Under the pieces are notes generated by a model. It was not told the DNA's origin. It saw nothing but the letters and a program-made list of their open reading frames with translations, and did not search any database. Positions 12,641 to 25,530 of a stretch of DNA of 64,000 nucleotides are shown here, piece after piece; position 1 is the first letter of the stretch, and every line of letters starts with the position of its first letter. The translations under genes and the position numbers were made by a program. This stretch comes from Camelus ferus (taxonomy: Eukaryota), in assembly GCF_009834535.1 (NCBI RefSeq), contig NC_045697.1:50036001-50100000 (forward strand), read 5' to 3'.

Positions 12641-14187
12641 ACAAGTCATTAAGCTATTGTTTCACAAAGTACAGCTTTAGTGCATAGTATACGGAGGTTT
12701 TACATGTTCAGAGCACTACTTTCAGCTAGAGTGTAAGAGGCAAGGCACCCGGAGAGGCTCACAGATCCCTTCACTGATCCTAGGTGACTGCGGTATGGTT
12801 TCTCCAACAGGACAGGTGATGAAAATAAGTCACAGTAACTGGTTAACTCTTAATGGTCCAGACAGCCTCTGAGGAGAAGGATGAACAAAAATAGCAAGGA
12901 AGCCATCAGTGACATCAAGAATAAAGGCAATGAGACAGGCCCTAGAGGACTGGTGAACTGGAAGGTGAAAAGTTAAGGGGGAAAGGGTGGCCAAAGGGAA
13001 CTAATGGTTCAGCCTGTCCACAAATTTCTAGGCACTGATTCTGGTTAAAAAGGCAAAATTTTAGATTCCAAATCTAAAAAAAAAATTGAAGAGAGGAGGA
13101 AAAGTAGTGGAAGATGGAAATAATGAGAGGGGAGGAGGGCCAGGAAACCAAAAAGAAGGGGCTGTGGGCTGCAGAAGTTGCACAGGAGGGTAGGGACACT
13201 GACGAGGTAACATAGGTCAAGGCCAATCATGGTGCCTGCAGAGCCAGGTTTCAGGATGGGAGGATAAACTCCTACTGGCATCTAATGGCTGGACCACACC
13301 AGCATCCCACAGCATCACTACATCACTGAAGTTCTGTGATAACAACATCGAGTCACCTAGAGATGCAAGAATAACGCACAGTCTGTTTTGTTTTTTGAGT
13401 CAGGAAAATATACGTTTCAGAAAGATTTCCCTTAAAAAATAGTTAGGAGTTAACATTTCAAAAACTGCCTCCATAAAAGGAGAGAGATTTTAATATTCTG
13501 AAATTCATCCCTAGACCATATTCATTGACAAAAGCCACAGTCTCCCATGAATCTCATCATGTGTGAAAGGTGGAGGAGATCAATACTCCAGATTAAGCTT
13601 TCCTGGTCCTGAACTGTAGCTGGCTCCTCTGGTTCTCCCTCTGACTGAGTGTAAGATTATGAGTTATCATTGTAGATACACAACAGTATCTGACACCTGG
13701 AACAATTTTTTTTTTTATGATTTTGATGAGGTAGGGCAGTGGAAATCTGATTTTTTTTTCTGTTCAAGTGTTAATGGAAAAGTAAGGAAAGATGCATGAG
13801 GCTAACAAGCCTATTTTATGGGGTCAGAGACCAGAATCCTCTGAATAGTGGGCTGATTGACTCAAGGGGTGGTAGTGATTTCCTGTACAGAAAGAATTAG
13901 AATGAAAAAGTGTACGTGTCTTGGAATAATGGCAACTTAATTCAGGCATATTACTGGGGATTTGCTTTAAAATTTTTTCTTTGAAAGCTCGACTAAACGT
14001 CTCAGAAAATGTTCCTGAAAGAAGTGTTTCTGAATGTTGTCTTGGAAATGAAAGGCCATTGCCTCTGGAGTAAGTGCACATTCACCAGTGGTGGCCATGT
14101 TTCAAGCCTTATCCAAGCATCAGCAACTTTATTTGAAAAATACACCCATGCACTAAGGTTGAACAGTGGTGGTCTCTGGATGGTTAG

Positions 14188-15817
14188 AAGAGGAGGTGCT
14201 TTTTTTGTTTAAGTTTGCTTGTCAGAATTTTCTAATTTTCTACAATGCATATATATTGCAACTGTCATAATGCAAAACTCATTAAAATGAAAAAATAGAA
14301 AACTATACCCTGGCCATTGTGGAAGGGTTCATTACACAGAGGTAGGTGTACAATTTGCCTGCCTCTCCTAACCAGATTAACCTAATTAATACAATGCATG
14401 GAGTCAAAAGTGACTCAATACCAGTGTTTTACAAACTTCTCTGGTTGTATGTAGATGTCTGTAAAATGTCTGGGAAATTTCCAAACTTAGTAAGGGAAAT
14501 TCTTTCCCTTGCATTCACAGACACACTTCTGTCTTTCAGTTACCCCAAAGTTCACAAAGTGGATCAAGGAAACAGAGATCACTGAAGCACTGCTGGTTGG
14601 AGATTTATGTCCCATGTTTTTGTTTTGTTTTGTTTTGTTTTGCTTTGCTTTCCAGGAACAAAACCAAAATCACAATCTAGCATGATTGGGAAATCTAAAA
14701 CTCTCATTAACTACATTGTCTGCTTATGTTCAATTAGAGCTCATTTAACGCTAAAGCTAGGCTAAAGATGCTTTTGAAAACAATGACGTAGAAATTTAAA
14801 GCATCTAATAGAGGCTGCAATCGATCAAGAATTGGATGCCATGATCCTACCTGTCCTAGTTTTCAGAGACTGCATTGACATTTAAAGGCTGGAGTAGGGA
14901 AGGAGAAATGGGCAAACCATCTCATCAGGGACATGTGATGACAGCTTCAGCTTTCAGAGTAAGGAAGTGCTGGACACAGTCTTACTGACACAGTGGAGCA
15001 GGGTGCCTCCAGCGTCCAGTGCTGCCCCTCAAAGTTATCCCCTCAGATTTTAAGAGATCACAATGACATTTGCCTCCACATTCATCTTTCTCTACCATGG
15101 CTGCAACCACTTCCACATTCTATGCTAATTGACCAGAACGAAAAATGCAAATATGCTAGCAGGCTAGCATGGCCAATAAAAGACTGATCTGTCTCCACCT
15201 CTCCTGAACTTGAATGAGCAGAACCATCATGGAAGAACTCCTCTGGAAACCAATTCATCCTGTGTGAATGTCTTCTGTTGTCACCTGTCTTAGGGGCGGC
15301 CACTGCAGAGTTCACTCACTGTCAGCTCACAAGAAGTTACAGCAGTAGCCAGATGCTTTTCCTGTGATTTCTTTCAAGCTTCAACTTAACTGTATTTCTC
15401 TGTATGATGTTGTCTCCTTTATTGGCTCCTTTATGCAGATGATTCATACATCTGCACATGTAAGAGCTGTTAGTTAAAGTATCTTTATTAAAACTACACT
15501 TTGTAAGAATGTTGTCATTGCTAAAATGCATGCCATTAAAAATGAAAAAATGAAAGACCGGGAAAGTCTGTAAAATACTGATATCAAGTCACCTTTGATG
15601 CCATTCACTGTATTAATTCGATTAATCTGGTTAGGAGAGGCAAACGCATTGCACACCAGCCTCTGTGTAATGAATCCTCCCATGATGGCTTGGGTATAGT
15701 CGTCCTTTTTTTTTTTTTATAAATGAGCTTTGCATTATTACAGTTGCAATACATGTATATTGTAGAAAATTAGAAAATTCAGACAAATAAATTAAAAAAA
15801 AATAGCAACTTCCTCTT
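14188..15817. repeat. Diverged inverted duplication: arms 14188-14445 and 15557-15817, spacer 1111 bp
   Basis: Hand alignment: 14302-14445 vs the reverse complement of 15557-15700 is 116/144 identical with no gaps. The outer 65 bp (from 14219) are 58/65 identical. Confidence 0.95.
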
Positions 15818-16679
15818 AAAGGAATATGGAAGTCTACAACTCTGGACAGGACTTCTTGGTGTGACTCAGCATTTCGCAGTAGCCCATCCCCGCAGCGTGT
15901 CTTTGCTATGTCAGGAGGGAGCTGGGGTTCCAGTGTCCTGAAACCTGAGGGGGGGTGGCCTGGGTTCCCTTGGCCAACACCTTAGGAACTTGTGTTAGGG
16001 AGGTAAAGAACCGTCAGAGTGTGGACAGTACGGGTTTCCTACACCTGGAAAATGTATATCTAACTTAACGGCCAGCTAGAGGCTTGTGACGCTGTAAGGG
16101 TCCAGGCGGAGAATCTGAGGCTATCCAGGCCTTCAGGGCGGGATTTGATCTTCAGCTTGTGCTCCCTTCCAGGACTCAGATGCAGATGAGCAGAGCCGAC
16201 TCCCCAGGGGCCTCCAGAAGAGACCATGTCCCCAGCTCTCCCCTGGGATGGTGATTTAACACTGGAGAAGTGCCTTGGTTGTTTTCAGGGTGATGAGGTC
16301 TTTGGGGGGAAACAGAAGTATTTTATATGCTGGGATCATTAACTCTTTTAAACTCTTTAAAACTCTGTTCATAGTTATTGGGAAAAAATGTTACTTTCCT
16401 CCACATATATTTTTCCAGCATCGCCTCAGTGGCAGGTTTTGCTAATTTTTCTCTTTCAAGTTTATGCTACCTGCAATGTGTACCACTGAGAAAACACCCT
16501 GAATTTTATACTTTGCTGACTGAAAAACAAAAATCAAAATCAAAATCCAAGCCAACACAGTCATAAACAAGCCTTTGAAAAGCAATGGGGAAGTGGGGAA
16601 GAAGGGGTAAATTTAAATACTACTGTGTGGTGGGGATGGTAGTAGGTACCTTTGTGTGTTAATGTCCAGAATAACCCTG

Positions 16680-16820
16680 CAGGGTGTTATTGTCTCCTTG
16701 TTTACAAGTGAGGAAAATGAGGCTCAGAGAAATAAAGGTCACAGAGCAGATAAGGGGCAGAGCTGATGTTTTCAACTGCCACCTGCTTGAAATCAAAGCC
16801 CATGTCTTCTCCATTGCCCT
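16680..16820 (-). mobile_element. MIR SINE
   Basis: tttacaagtgaggaaaatgaggctcagagaaataaaggtcacagagcag. Confidence 0.75.
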
Positions 16821-16920
16821 GCCCCAGCTTCCAGATGTCCTCAACCCTCTTATGCCAGAACTGTAAATGTGCACTTCATGCCACTGCCTGGAAACCTGGG
16901 ACATCAACAAGATGACATCA

Positions 16921-17163
16921 TCAGTTATGCATATTGATGTATTCTTTTCCATTATAGGTTATTACAAGGTATTGAATACAGTTCCCTCTGCTATACAGTA
17001 GGAGCTTGTTGTTTATCTATTTTCTATACGGTAGTTTGTATCTGCTAATTCCAAATTCTTAATTTATCTCTCCCCCTCCCCTTTGACAATCATGTTTGTT
17101 TTCTATGCTGCACATCAGAAATTAACACAACATTGTAAATCAACTATACTTCATTTAAAAAAA
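16921..17163 (+). mobile_element. Short L1 insertion with 5' inversion (twin priming) and 12-bp TSD
   Basis: Perfect TSD aagatgacatca (16909-16920 / 17164-17175). Positions 16921 to about 17105 are antisense L1 3' UTR; about 17106-17163 is the sense terminus with an A tail. Confidence 0.9.
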
Positions 17164-20100
17164 AAGATGACATCACATTGAAAATAAAATGGCTCAAATT
17201 GACCTGTGTTACTTTCTTAGGGTCTCTGCAATCAGAACAAGAACTCATAGAGTACTACTTTGTGTATTTACCAAAACAGTTTCCCCAAGGGCGTGCAAGT
17301 AAAAGACAGGTTCCCTAAATATAACTCTTGATTCAAGAAGCTATTTACAGCAGAATGTCAGAGCTCGCCTGATGTGACTGAAAAGCTGCCCTAAAAACAT
17401 GTTGAGAACATTCAGATTCAGCTCTGGATGTTTACCAACGCAAAGATTTCAGAAAGATTTTAAGTGAGATTTGTACTTCTTTCTGAAGTTATCTTACTGT
17501 TCTGAAACAGACACATACAGGCAACTCGATACTAATTGGGCTAAATGGAGCATTCTGAGAGACACACACACACAGGGGTTTCAAAAGTAGGTAAGAAAAT
17601 ATGTTTGAAGGGGAAAGGTCATCATGCACTTTAATTTTTGTTTTTGTTTATGTTGTAAAAAACAAAACAAAACCAACTCAATATTTAGGACAAAAAAGCA
17701 GGGATGCCTAATAGTGGAACAAGATCTTGCAGATGATGGAGCGGTTCCAGGGCCGCATGGTACTGCCTTCAGTCCGTCCTCCCTCCATCTCTGCAGGTCC
17801 TTGAAGTGTGAGTGGGGGTTCTGCAGACAACTCTGCTCCTCTGGGAATGACTCAGGATGGTCCCTGATCCCCCCACACCCCTGCCCCCCCGTGCCCAACT
17901 CAGAGGCAGGGACATGAATGTTATCAGTGCCCCAGCTCACCCCTGCACAACCCCATCCAGGCCTCCCCTGCCGGTCACCCTGAGGAGCAGTCTGTGAATA
18001 AAGAAGCATCTCTGACATTAAATCCTATGTCCTTGGCCATCCTGTGGCCTGGTAGAGACTGGCACCATCCTGCTAATCCATGCTGCAGGAAGACTGTGTT
18101 CCTCCACTTTGGATGCCTCAGAAACCTTTGGGGCTTTCTCCTGGAAAGAAGAGTCTAGAACAGGCTGGGAAAAGGTGGGATAGGTCATTCAAAAGTTAGG
18201 CCAGGTCCTCATTAACGCAATAAGCAGAGGAAGCCACGGAATGGACAATTCAGTAGAGCAAAGCAGAACTCAGAGCCTCAGAGCTCGCCCCACCCAATCG
18301 CTTCATTTTCAGAAGAGCAAACCCAGCCCAGAAACCTGACCTCAAAGGTAGTGATTATCAGATGTGCAGTTATTTAATGCACACTCAGAGTGGAGAAATG
18401 CTGCCGAAAAACTAAGATAGGCCGTCAGTTGTGAGGCATCCCACTTTCAGAGGTGGTAAATGTAAAGAAAAAAAAGGAGTGTCTTAGAACTGATGAGCTG
18501 TCCTAAATCGCTTGCCCCTAATCACTCAGAATTCAGTCTTTAGGGCTCTTTTTTTTCCCTCCACTACACTCTATGGCTGCTTTCATGGATGAAACACCTA
18601 AAGCCCAGAGCCTAGGTGATTTACCCAAAGTCACTGCGCTAAGAAGGAGAGAGGCAGGACTCAAACTAGACCTGAGACGTCTTCAGGACGGCTTCCATGA
18701 CTCTATGGGGGCTCTCACTCCGAGATAGTCATCTCTGCCTCTGGAAAATAGAACTGAATCTGTCTGCAGAACATTTGGCTCCTGATGAGATTTGGCTTCC
18801 GATAAGATCAAAATTAATGAACGGCTGCCTTGAACAAATGCAGAGAGGTTGAGAGCAACCTGGGTGTGCGCTTGTCAGGGGGGAAGACAGTGTCTCTGGA
18901 TTTATAATGTGCTCAGGAAAATCTATAAAGTAAGTAATCCACAGGCCCAGCAATTATAGAGCCACTTCTGGCAGTGAGATTTGGTGTTTTACTAGATATT
19001 ACTGGAATATGGGAGAAGGGTGAGAACAATTTTATTTTCCATAGGCCTAGCCCTTCCCTCCACCCCCAAGCCTACATGCTAAGATTTCTCACAAGTCCTG
19101 TGCCAACGACTAAATCTTGCCTTGCTTGTCACTAAACACTCTGGGGGCTGACATGTGAACTCTCCAGACCCAGGTGGCCCAGAACCCTCTCTGACTTAAG
19201 AAGAGGGACAAGGCCACACAAGATGACAGCCCCCTCTCAGTGCCTTCTCTGGCCATGCTGGCATTAATGCACAAATTAGGTTTGGAAGAGTATGATCTGG
19301 AATGTCTCATCTGGCTGATGCCCCAGTAACCCCAGACACTGTGTACCTCCTGTTCACACACTGTCACTTCTGAGTTAAGCTTAGGGAGGCACAGCCTCTA
19401 ATTCCTCATATGGGGACATGCTTCTTTCAACTCAGAGTGTTCTGACACCCAGATTACGGGTGAGCCTGGAGCTAGGCTGGTCATCTGGTGCCAACTGCCT
19501 TGATTTTGATTCTGATTACTACCAGATATTGCATGTGCCAATGACTTGGATAATAAAAAAGTCTGCAACCAGACTCACTCAGCCCCTGTAAGGCACCCTA
19601 GGAGCTCAGCCCATGGATTGTCTCAAGATAAGGGTATGGCGTGCAATGATCTCAAAAACAGAGGGAAACGAAAATCTTGCAGCTCCCTGGCCACTCTCTG
19701 ATAACCTGATAGCAAGGTGTTGGGAGTACCCAAAAGAGAAGGTTGCTGGAGGAGGAACAAAGGCACAGCCTTCTCAGGAGGTGTTCGGTTCCATCACACC
19801 ACTGCTTTTACTTTTGTTTTCCCAGCCTCATGAAGAAAGGTGACACTCTCTGAGCTGTGCCTTCAAACAAGTTGTGGAGAAAATGTATCACTGCTCTTGA
19901 GACACTGTTTCCAGAAGCAAGATGGGCATTTAAGCTCTGGTGATGAAATGGGAGCCTGCCTTCCCTCTGTCTGCCGCTGGCTTTGGAGGACCACTGTGTG
20001 AGTCTAGAAGGTGAGACACGTGCACTAGCGCTGGGGGAGACGGGGTGGCCACTGCCTGCTGATGTGGTGCCTGCCAGCCAGAAACCTATCTGTTAAACAG

Positions 20101-22951
20101 GAGTTTTGGTTCATACTTTCCCTCTCAATACCTGCAAATCCTCCTTAAGTGACCTAATGCAGCCAGGAAGGCACCTGGGATCACCCCACTGTGACCACCA
20201 GGGTCTGTGAGCTTGGCTCCTCTGGGCACTCCTGACAGTGAGACGGAACCACTGGAGGATGTCAGGTGCTCGTTCTCACACTCTTCCTATGTACATGTAC
20301 CGTGGCTACCTTGACAACATCCACCTGCAAAGAGAGACTGGCAGCCAGAACACGATTTACTGCATGCCTGTATGCTGTCAAGTCTGATTCTCTGTCTGGA
20401 AGGTTAGTTCTATTTTTGAACATGGACAGCTTCGGCAAACTAGCTCATCATAGTCTATTATCGTCTTTCACAGCATTTCTTTTTTTTTTTTTTTCCCTTT
20501 CTCTTCCTCTTTTCTTTTTAAAGACATAATTTGAAAACTGGTTTTCACTCCTGAGCTGTACATTAGAACCAGGAGATTTTACAAAATTACCAACGTTCCA
20601 GCTCTAGCCCCAGTTTCAGGTTAAATGCTTTGCTATGGGGCGGCTACACTGGAATGAAACAGAGTATCAAACCTCAAGACATTAATCATGGAGTTGGAGA
20701 CAGTCTCGATTCATCACAGCATTTCTTAAACATGGGAAAGCACCATGACTCTCGGAATGAGCAGAAACCAAAAACTGTCCAGATTTGCCTGTATTTCTCA
20801 GATATGATTTTGACATTTTCCCCAACTTTAGCTTGTTTTAATTCTGTCCAGTGAAATTACGTCATGTACTTTGCTACCTTTGAGTTATGAGGAGACAGGA
20901 CATGATCAAAAGGAAAGTTCCTTCTTTTGTTCTAGAAAAAAAAATGGATGCAAAATTGGCAAAAGAAAACATAACAGAGAACTAATTCTGAAATGCCTTT
21001 TCTCTTTGTGGTCAGCAGGACCATGTCAAGGGGTGGGGGCTGGTTTCACAATCAATTGCCATTTCAGTTAATTTAAGTGCCAGTATTATTTTCCCTTCCT
21101 TTTCTTCTTGCCTGCACACTGACAAGTAATCAGGGTATGACATGTACAAATTTCAAATCTCATTTGAAGTTGGAATGGTGTATCATTCAGGAAGCACAAA
21201 AGTCTTACCATAGAATACAGCACCCAAACACAGTGTGAGGCATAAAACCAGAACAAATCAAACATTTTATTTCCTGACCTGTACAAACTTGATTATCCAG
21301 ACCTGATGTTTTAGTAATCTGATTTCCAAATGATGCAATGTTCTTTTCCTTAATTTTTCTTGAGACAAATGCTCTAATTTTATTTGTAGCATTTGGGGGA
21401 AAGTAAAGTTCAATGTCTAATTTTTCTGATCTATTTAGAGCTATTTTCCTCTGCTTTCTAGGAGACAAAACAGAGAAACAGAAATGGGATCAAATTATAT
21501 AAATAAATTATGGTTGGCTTGCCCTTAAATATTATAAACTGCTGAAAAGAAATGAAGTCATAGACGTATATTAATTTTATTTTGAAAGCTGGCTAAGAGA
21601 TGGCATTAAAATTAAATAGCTTTGCAAGAAGGAAAATGAAATGAGGGGAAAAAAAATCCCTGCAAAGACTTTAGAAATAATGAAATACTTATATTTCTTT
21701 GCCAGCCTCTTTCAAGACATCAAGGTCTTCTGTCTGCTGCTTTAGCCACAGTGTTGGTTCGGATACTTAAGAAACCACCAAAGTTGCAGTAAAAGTTGAC
21801 ACCCTGTCAGTGTGTTGCTTAATATTGGTTACATTTTGCCTGATATTCAGCCACTATTTCACCTTCTCTCTATATTAAAATATCCCCCAAGGAAAAAAAA
21901 AAACCCACAAGTTAAATAACAGCAGAACAAGAGGACCTTACAGGTAGACCTGGATTTGCTTGCATTTTATGACCTTCTTTCATGTCCTTTCAGAATTTAT
22001 TTAAGAGTTGGGAGAGTCAGAATGTGTTAGCTGATGAAATTTTTTTTGGAGCCAAAACCAAAACCAAAAAAAAAAAAAGAACAACTTTGAACTTGAGTTT
22101 TCATCAGCTCAGCTCATGTGCCAATGTCAACCTCTGTCAGCCCTCCCCACAAGCTTTCCCCATGACACAGTCTATCTCCCTGCAGGCAGAGGACTACGCT
22201 GCCCCACAGCCAAAGCCAGGTGAAGAAATGGGGCTATTGTGAAGATAATTTTAGGTCAGAACACAGGCCAAAAGCCAAGACGGCTTGATATTGCCTGGCT
22301 GTCCACATTTCATCACTTGGCTTTACGTGGAAACGCACTGCTCCAAAACTTACCCAATGACAAACCACCATGGAATTGGAATAATTTTTACTCCACCAAG
22401 AGTACACACCAAGAGTAATGTGAAGGGGAGACTGAACATATCAATTTATGCAAAGCCCTGCAGACCTGGATCTGTTAATGTGGATGAATGTGCTGGACTG
22501 GCCAGGAGGAAAATAAAGCACTCCTTTGGTTCATCCCTTGACTGAAGTGGCAGCTGTCTGGGGTTTGCCTTTGCACCACATGTAAAGTCCTTACTATTGC
22601 ATGAGGATCTTTCGACTGAAAAAAGAACTTCTGCTCTGGGAGAACTGCCTAGTGGACTCTAGGTACCAAACCACCTGTAAAATTAGATACCAAATCCTCA
22701 AAGCTTGCTGTCTCCAGATACTCGAGCCAATCAATTTGGGAGTAAATGGGCTCAAGTAACATCAACCTGGTAATGCCTGCAGCCAAGATCCAGATGTTGA
22801 ATGTGAAATCACAGGTAGAATCTGCTCTCAGGCGCAACATGCCTAGACCACAGGTACAACCAAAACATCTGGACAGGCATCAAACAGAGTGGATGTTGGT
22901 AGGATAGGTGCCACTCAAACTGGAATCAGATGGTACTGGCATGACTGATGA

Positions 22952-23428
22952 TGACAAAGTCTCTCTCAACTTCAGTCAGGTTCCTCTGAGCCCTCTTCCT
23001 GACTGGACCTCAACCTTGGGGCCCCTTCTGCCCCTCCCCCTTCTGTCTTTAACCTGCCTAGCCCAGTCTTAGCAAGAATCCTGCCAAGTCAGTTTGGGGA
23101 GAATCCCCCACCCTTGACATCTGATCACTTTTGATACCTGACCAAGGTCCTCATCCCTCACCTTTGATGTAAAAGTCCTTGACTTGCTTTCAGCAAGATT
23201 CCTGCTAAGTTGGTTTAGTGAGAATCCTTCTACCCTGGATAACTCCACTTACAGATTTTCCACTCACTGACCCCCTCACCCTGCTCCCTGGCTATAAATC
23301 TCCACTTGTCCTTGTTGTACGCGGCACTGAGCCTCATCTCTCCCCTGTACTGACTCCTATTTCAATAGTCTCGAATGTAGACCTCCATACCATTTTAACA
23401 AGTGTCAGAATGATTGTTTTCTTTAATG
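22952..23428 (+). mobile_element. ERV1 solo LTR (MER31-like)
   Basis: Begins tgacaaagtctctc. Contains the family's duplicated agcaagaatcctgc.aagtcagttt...gagaatcc motif and TATAAA at 23293-23298. Ends ttttaacaagtgtcagaatgattgttttctttaa. Confidence 0.8.
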
Positions 23429-23608
23429 GTGGTGACTGTCCTGCATTTAGAGCCAAAAGTCAAGGCATTTTGGTGACAAGAAATGTCATTGTCTGCTTAG
23501 CAGGGAGTTTTGCTTTTCACAATTATTTTGTTTGAATATACTTTAAAAAATCTTTAGTCATTTATTTTAGTTACTTCTCCTACTAGTGTAACAAAGAGCC
23601 AATACTGA

Positions 23609-23750
23609 CTATTTTAGTTTTGAGGATTTATCTTTAAATAAACTGCTTATTATGGAATAATTTTAGATTTACAGAAAGCAGTAGCTATTTTAGTTATGAG
23701 GCTTTACCTTTAAATAAACTGTTTATTTTGGAATAATTTTAGATTTACAG
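23609..23750. repeat. Diverged tandem duplication (66-bp units, period 76) at an L1 junction
   Basis: 23609-23674 vs 23685-23750 differ at only a few positions. Confidence 0.9.
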
Positions 23751-24150
23751 TGAAGTTGCAGAGATGTCACAGAGAATGGCCAATTACTTCTCACCCAGTT
23801 TCCCTGCTGTTAGTGTCTTATTTTTGTCAAAATGAAGAAATTGTCATTAAATTTTAAATTTAACGAAAACTGGTATTAATTAGACTTTATTTGGATTTCA
23901 TCAGTTTTTCCATGTCCTCTTTCTGTTCCAGGATCCAGTCCAGGTACCACACTGAATTCAGTTTTTATGTCTCCAGAGTCTCGTCTGGTCTGTGACAGTT
24001 TCTCAGTCTTTCCTTGTTTTCATCACCTTGACAGTCTTGAGGAGTATTGGTCAGGTGTCCAGTAGACTATCTCCCAATTTGTGTTGGCCTGATGTTTTTT
24101 TCACTGGACTGGGGCTATGGGTTTTTGTAAAGAATTCTTGGAAATACAGG
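23715..24150 (-). mobile_element. L1MC-like 3' fragment
   Basis: ttttggaataattttagatttacag..aagttgca and ctttttctgttccaggatccagtccagg / gtgacagtttctcagtctttccttgttttt motifs. Confidence 0.8.
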
Positions 24151-25109
24151 TATTTGGAAAGAATAACACAGAAGAGTCCTCATCATGAGATCACGTTTTC
24201 GTGATTGTTCTGATTGTTGTGTATTGCAAATGTGGCAGCTTTTGCCCAAGGACCTTAGAGCAAGACTCTTCCCATTCCATAGCTATCCAAAGGAAACTCG
24301 CCACCCAAGGCATCAGTGAGGAATCTTACTGAAGAATTCTCATGGTGGAAGGTTGGGGGACATAAGGAGAAAGTTACATGGCATATCACAGAGCACACAT
24401 TCATGAAAATCTCCACTAGTATCCATGTTTCCCCTTCTTACAAAGGAAGCTCAGCCCATGTGGCCCCCACTTACTTGGGCAGCCTCTGAAGCCCACCAGC
24501 TCCAACTCATCAGTACCCCAATCCCTCCAGCTCTCATCGTATCCATCGTTACACCCACCATCTTGTTCAGCAGAGGCCTTCTGAAGACCCAGCTGCACTG
24601 AGGTGCCTGGTGACTGTAAGTAAGAAAAATTTTTTTTCAATCACAATAGCTTTTTTTCTTTTACACAAAAGAAAGATTAAAAAAAAAACTTTTCTACCCA
24701 CAATACAACACACAAGGAATGGCATCCACACAGCATCCACTCATGCAAGATGAACTGGAGAGCCGAGCAGTTTCTTGGCCCTGGTGTTGGGGGGAGGGGC
24801 GAGGTGGGGGCAGGAGCTTATTTACCTAAACTTTCCATATTGGCTTTCTTCAAGGTCGTGTTTATAAGACAACCACAAATTTCACTTACTACTTTGCTTT
24901 AGTCATCTGCCACTTACTCCCGGCTACATCCTGACTAATCTTTAAGCAAGACTTCCTTTAAGCCTTCCAGAGAAGGAGAAACTAACACAGAAATCTCAGG
25001 AGGACAGGTCATCAATTCACTCACTCAACAGACAATTATTCCTTGTGTTTAGTTGCTAAGTCAGCTGGTCCCTACCTGTAATGCAGCTCTTTAAATATAA
25101 TTTATTTAT

Positions 25110-25530
25110 GTTTTAATTCAATAGATATTTTCTAAGCTCCTACCTAGTGTCTGAGACTAGACTAGAGCCTGGGATTGTGTAGTAACTAGAGCAGACACAG
25201 TCCCTACCCTCACAGAATCTATAGTCTAAGGAGATAGATATTAAACAAATAATCATAAAAATTAAGCATCATTTCAAGCTATGACAAGAATCGCAAAGAA
25301 AATATCAAGGAAGGAGACAAGGAGACCTACTTTGTGTGAGTGTGTGATTTCAAGGGGTGGGAAGGAGCTGATTTGCTTTTTGAGAGTAGGGGTCAGGGAA
25401 TGCTCAGCTAAGGAGGAACTTTTACAGGAGGCCTGAGGGATGAGCAAGAATGAGCCAAGCTGACTGAAAAGCATAGCTCAGGCTGAAAGGAGGACATGCA
25501 GGCATATTCTAGGAGCTGCAGACAACAGTG
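25110..25530 (-). mobile_element. L2 fragment
   Basis: ttcaatagatattttctaagctcctacctagtgtc ... cagacacagtccctaccctcacagaatctatagtcta. Confidence 0.65.
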
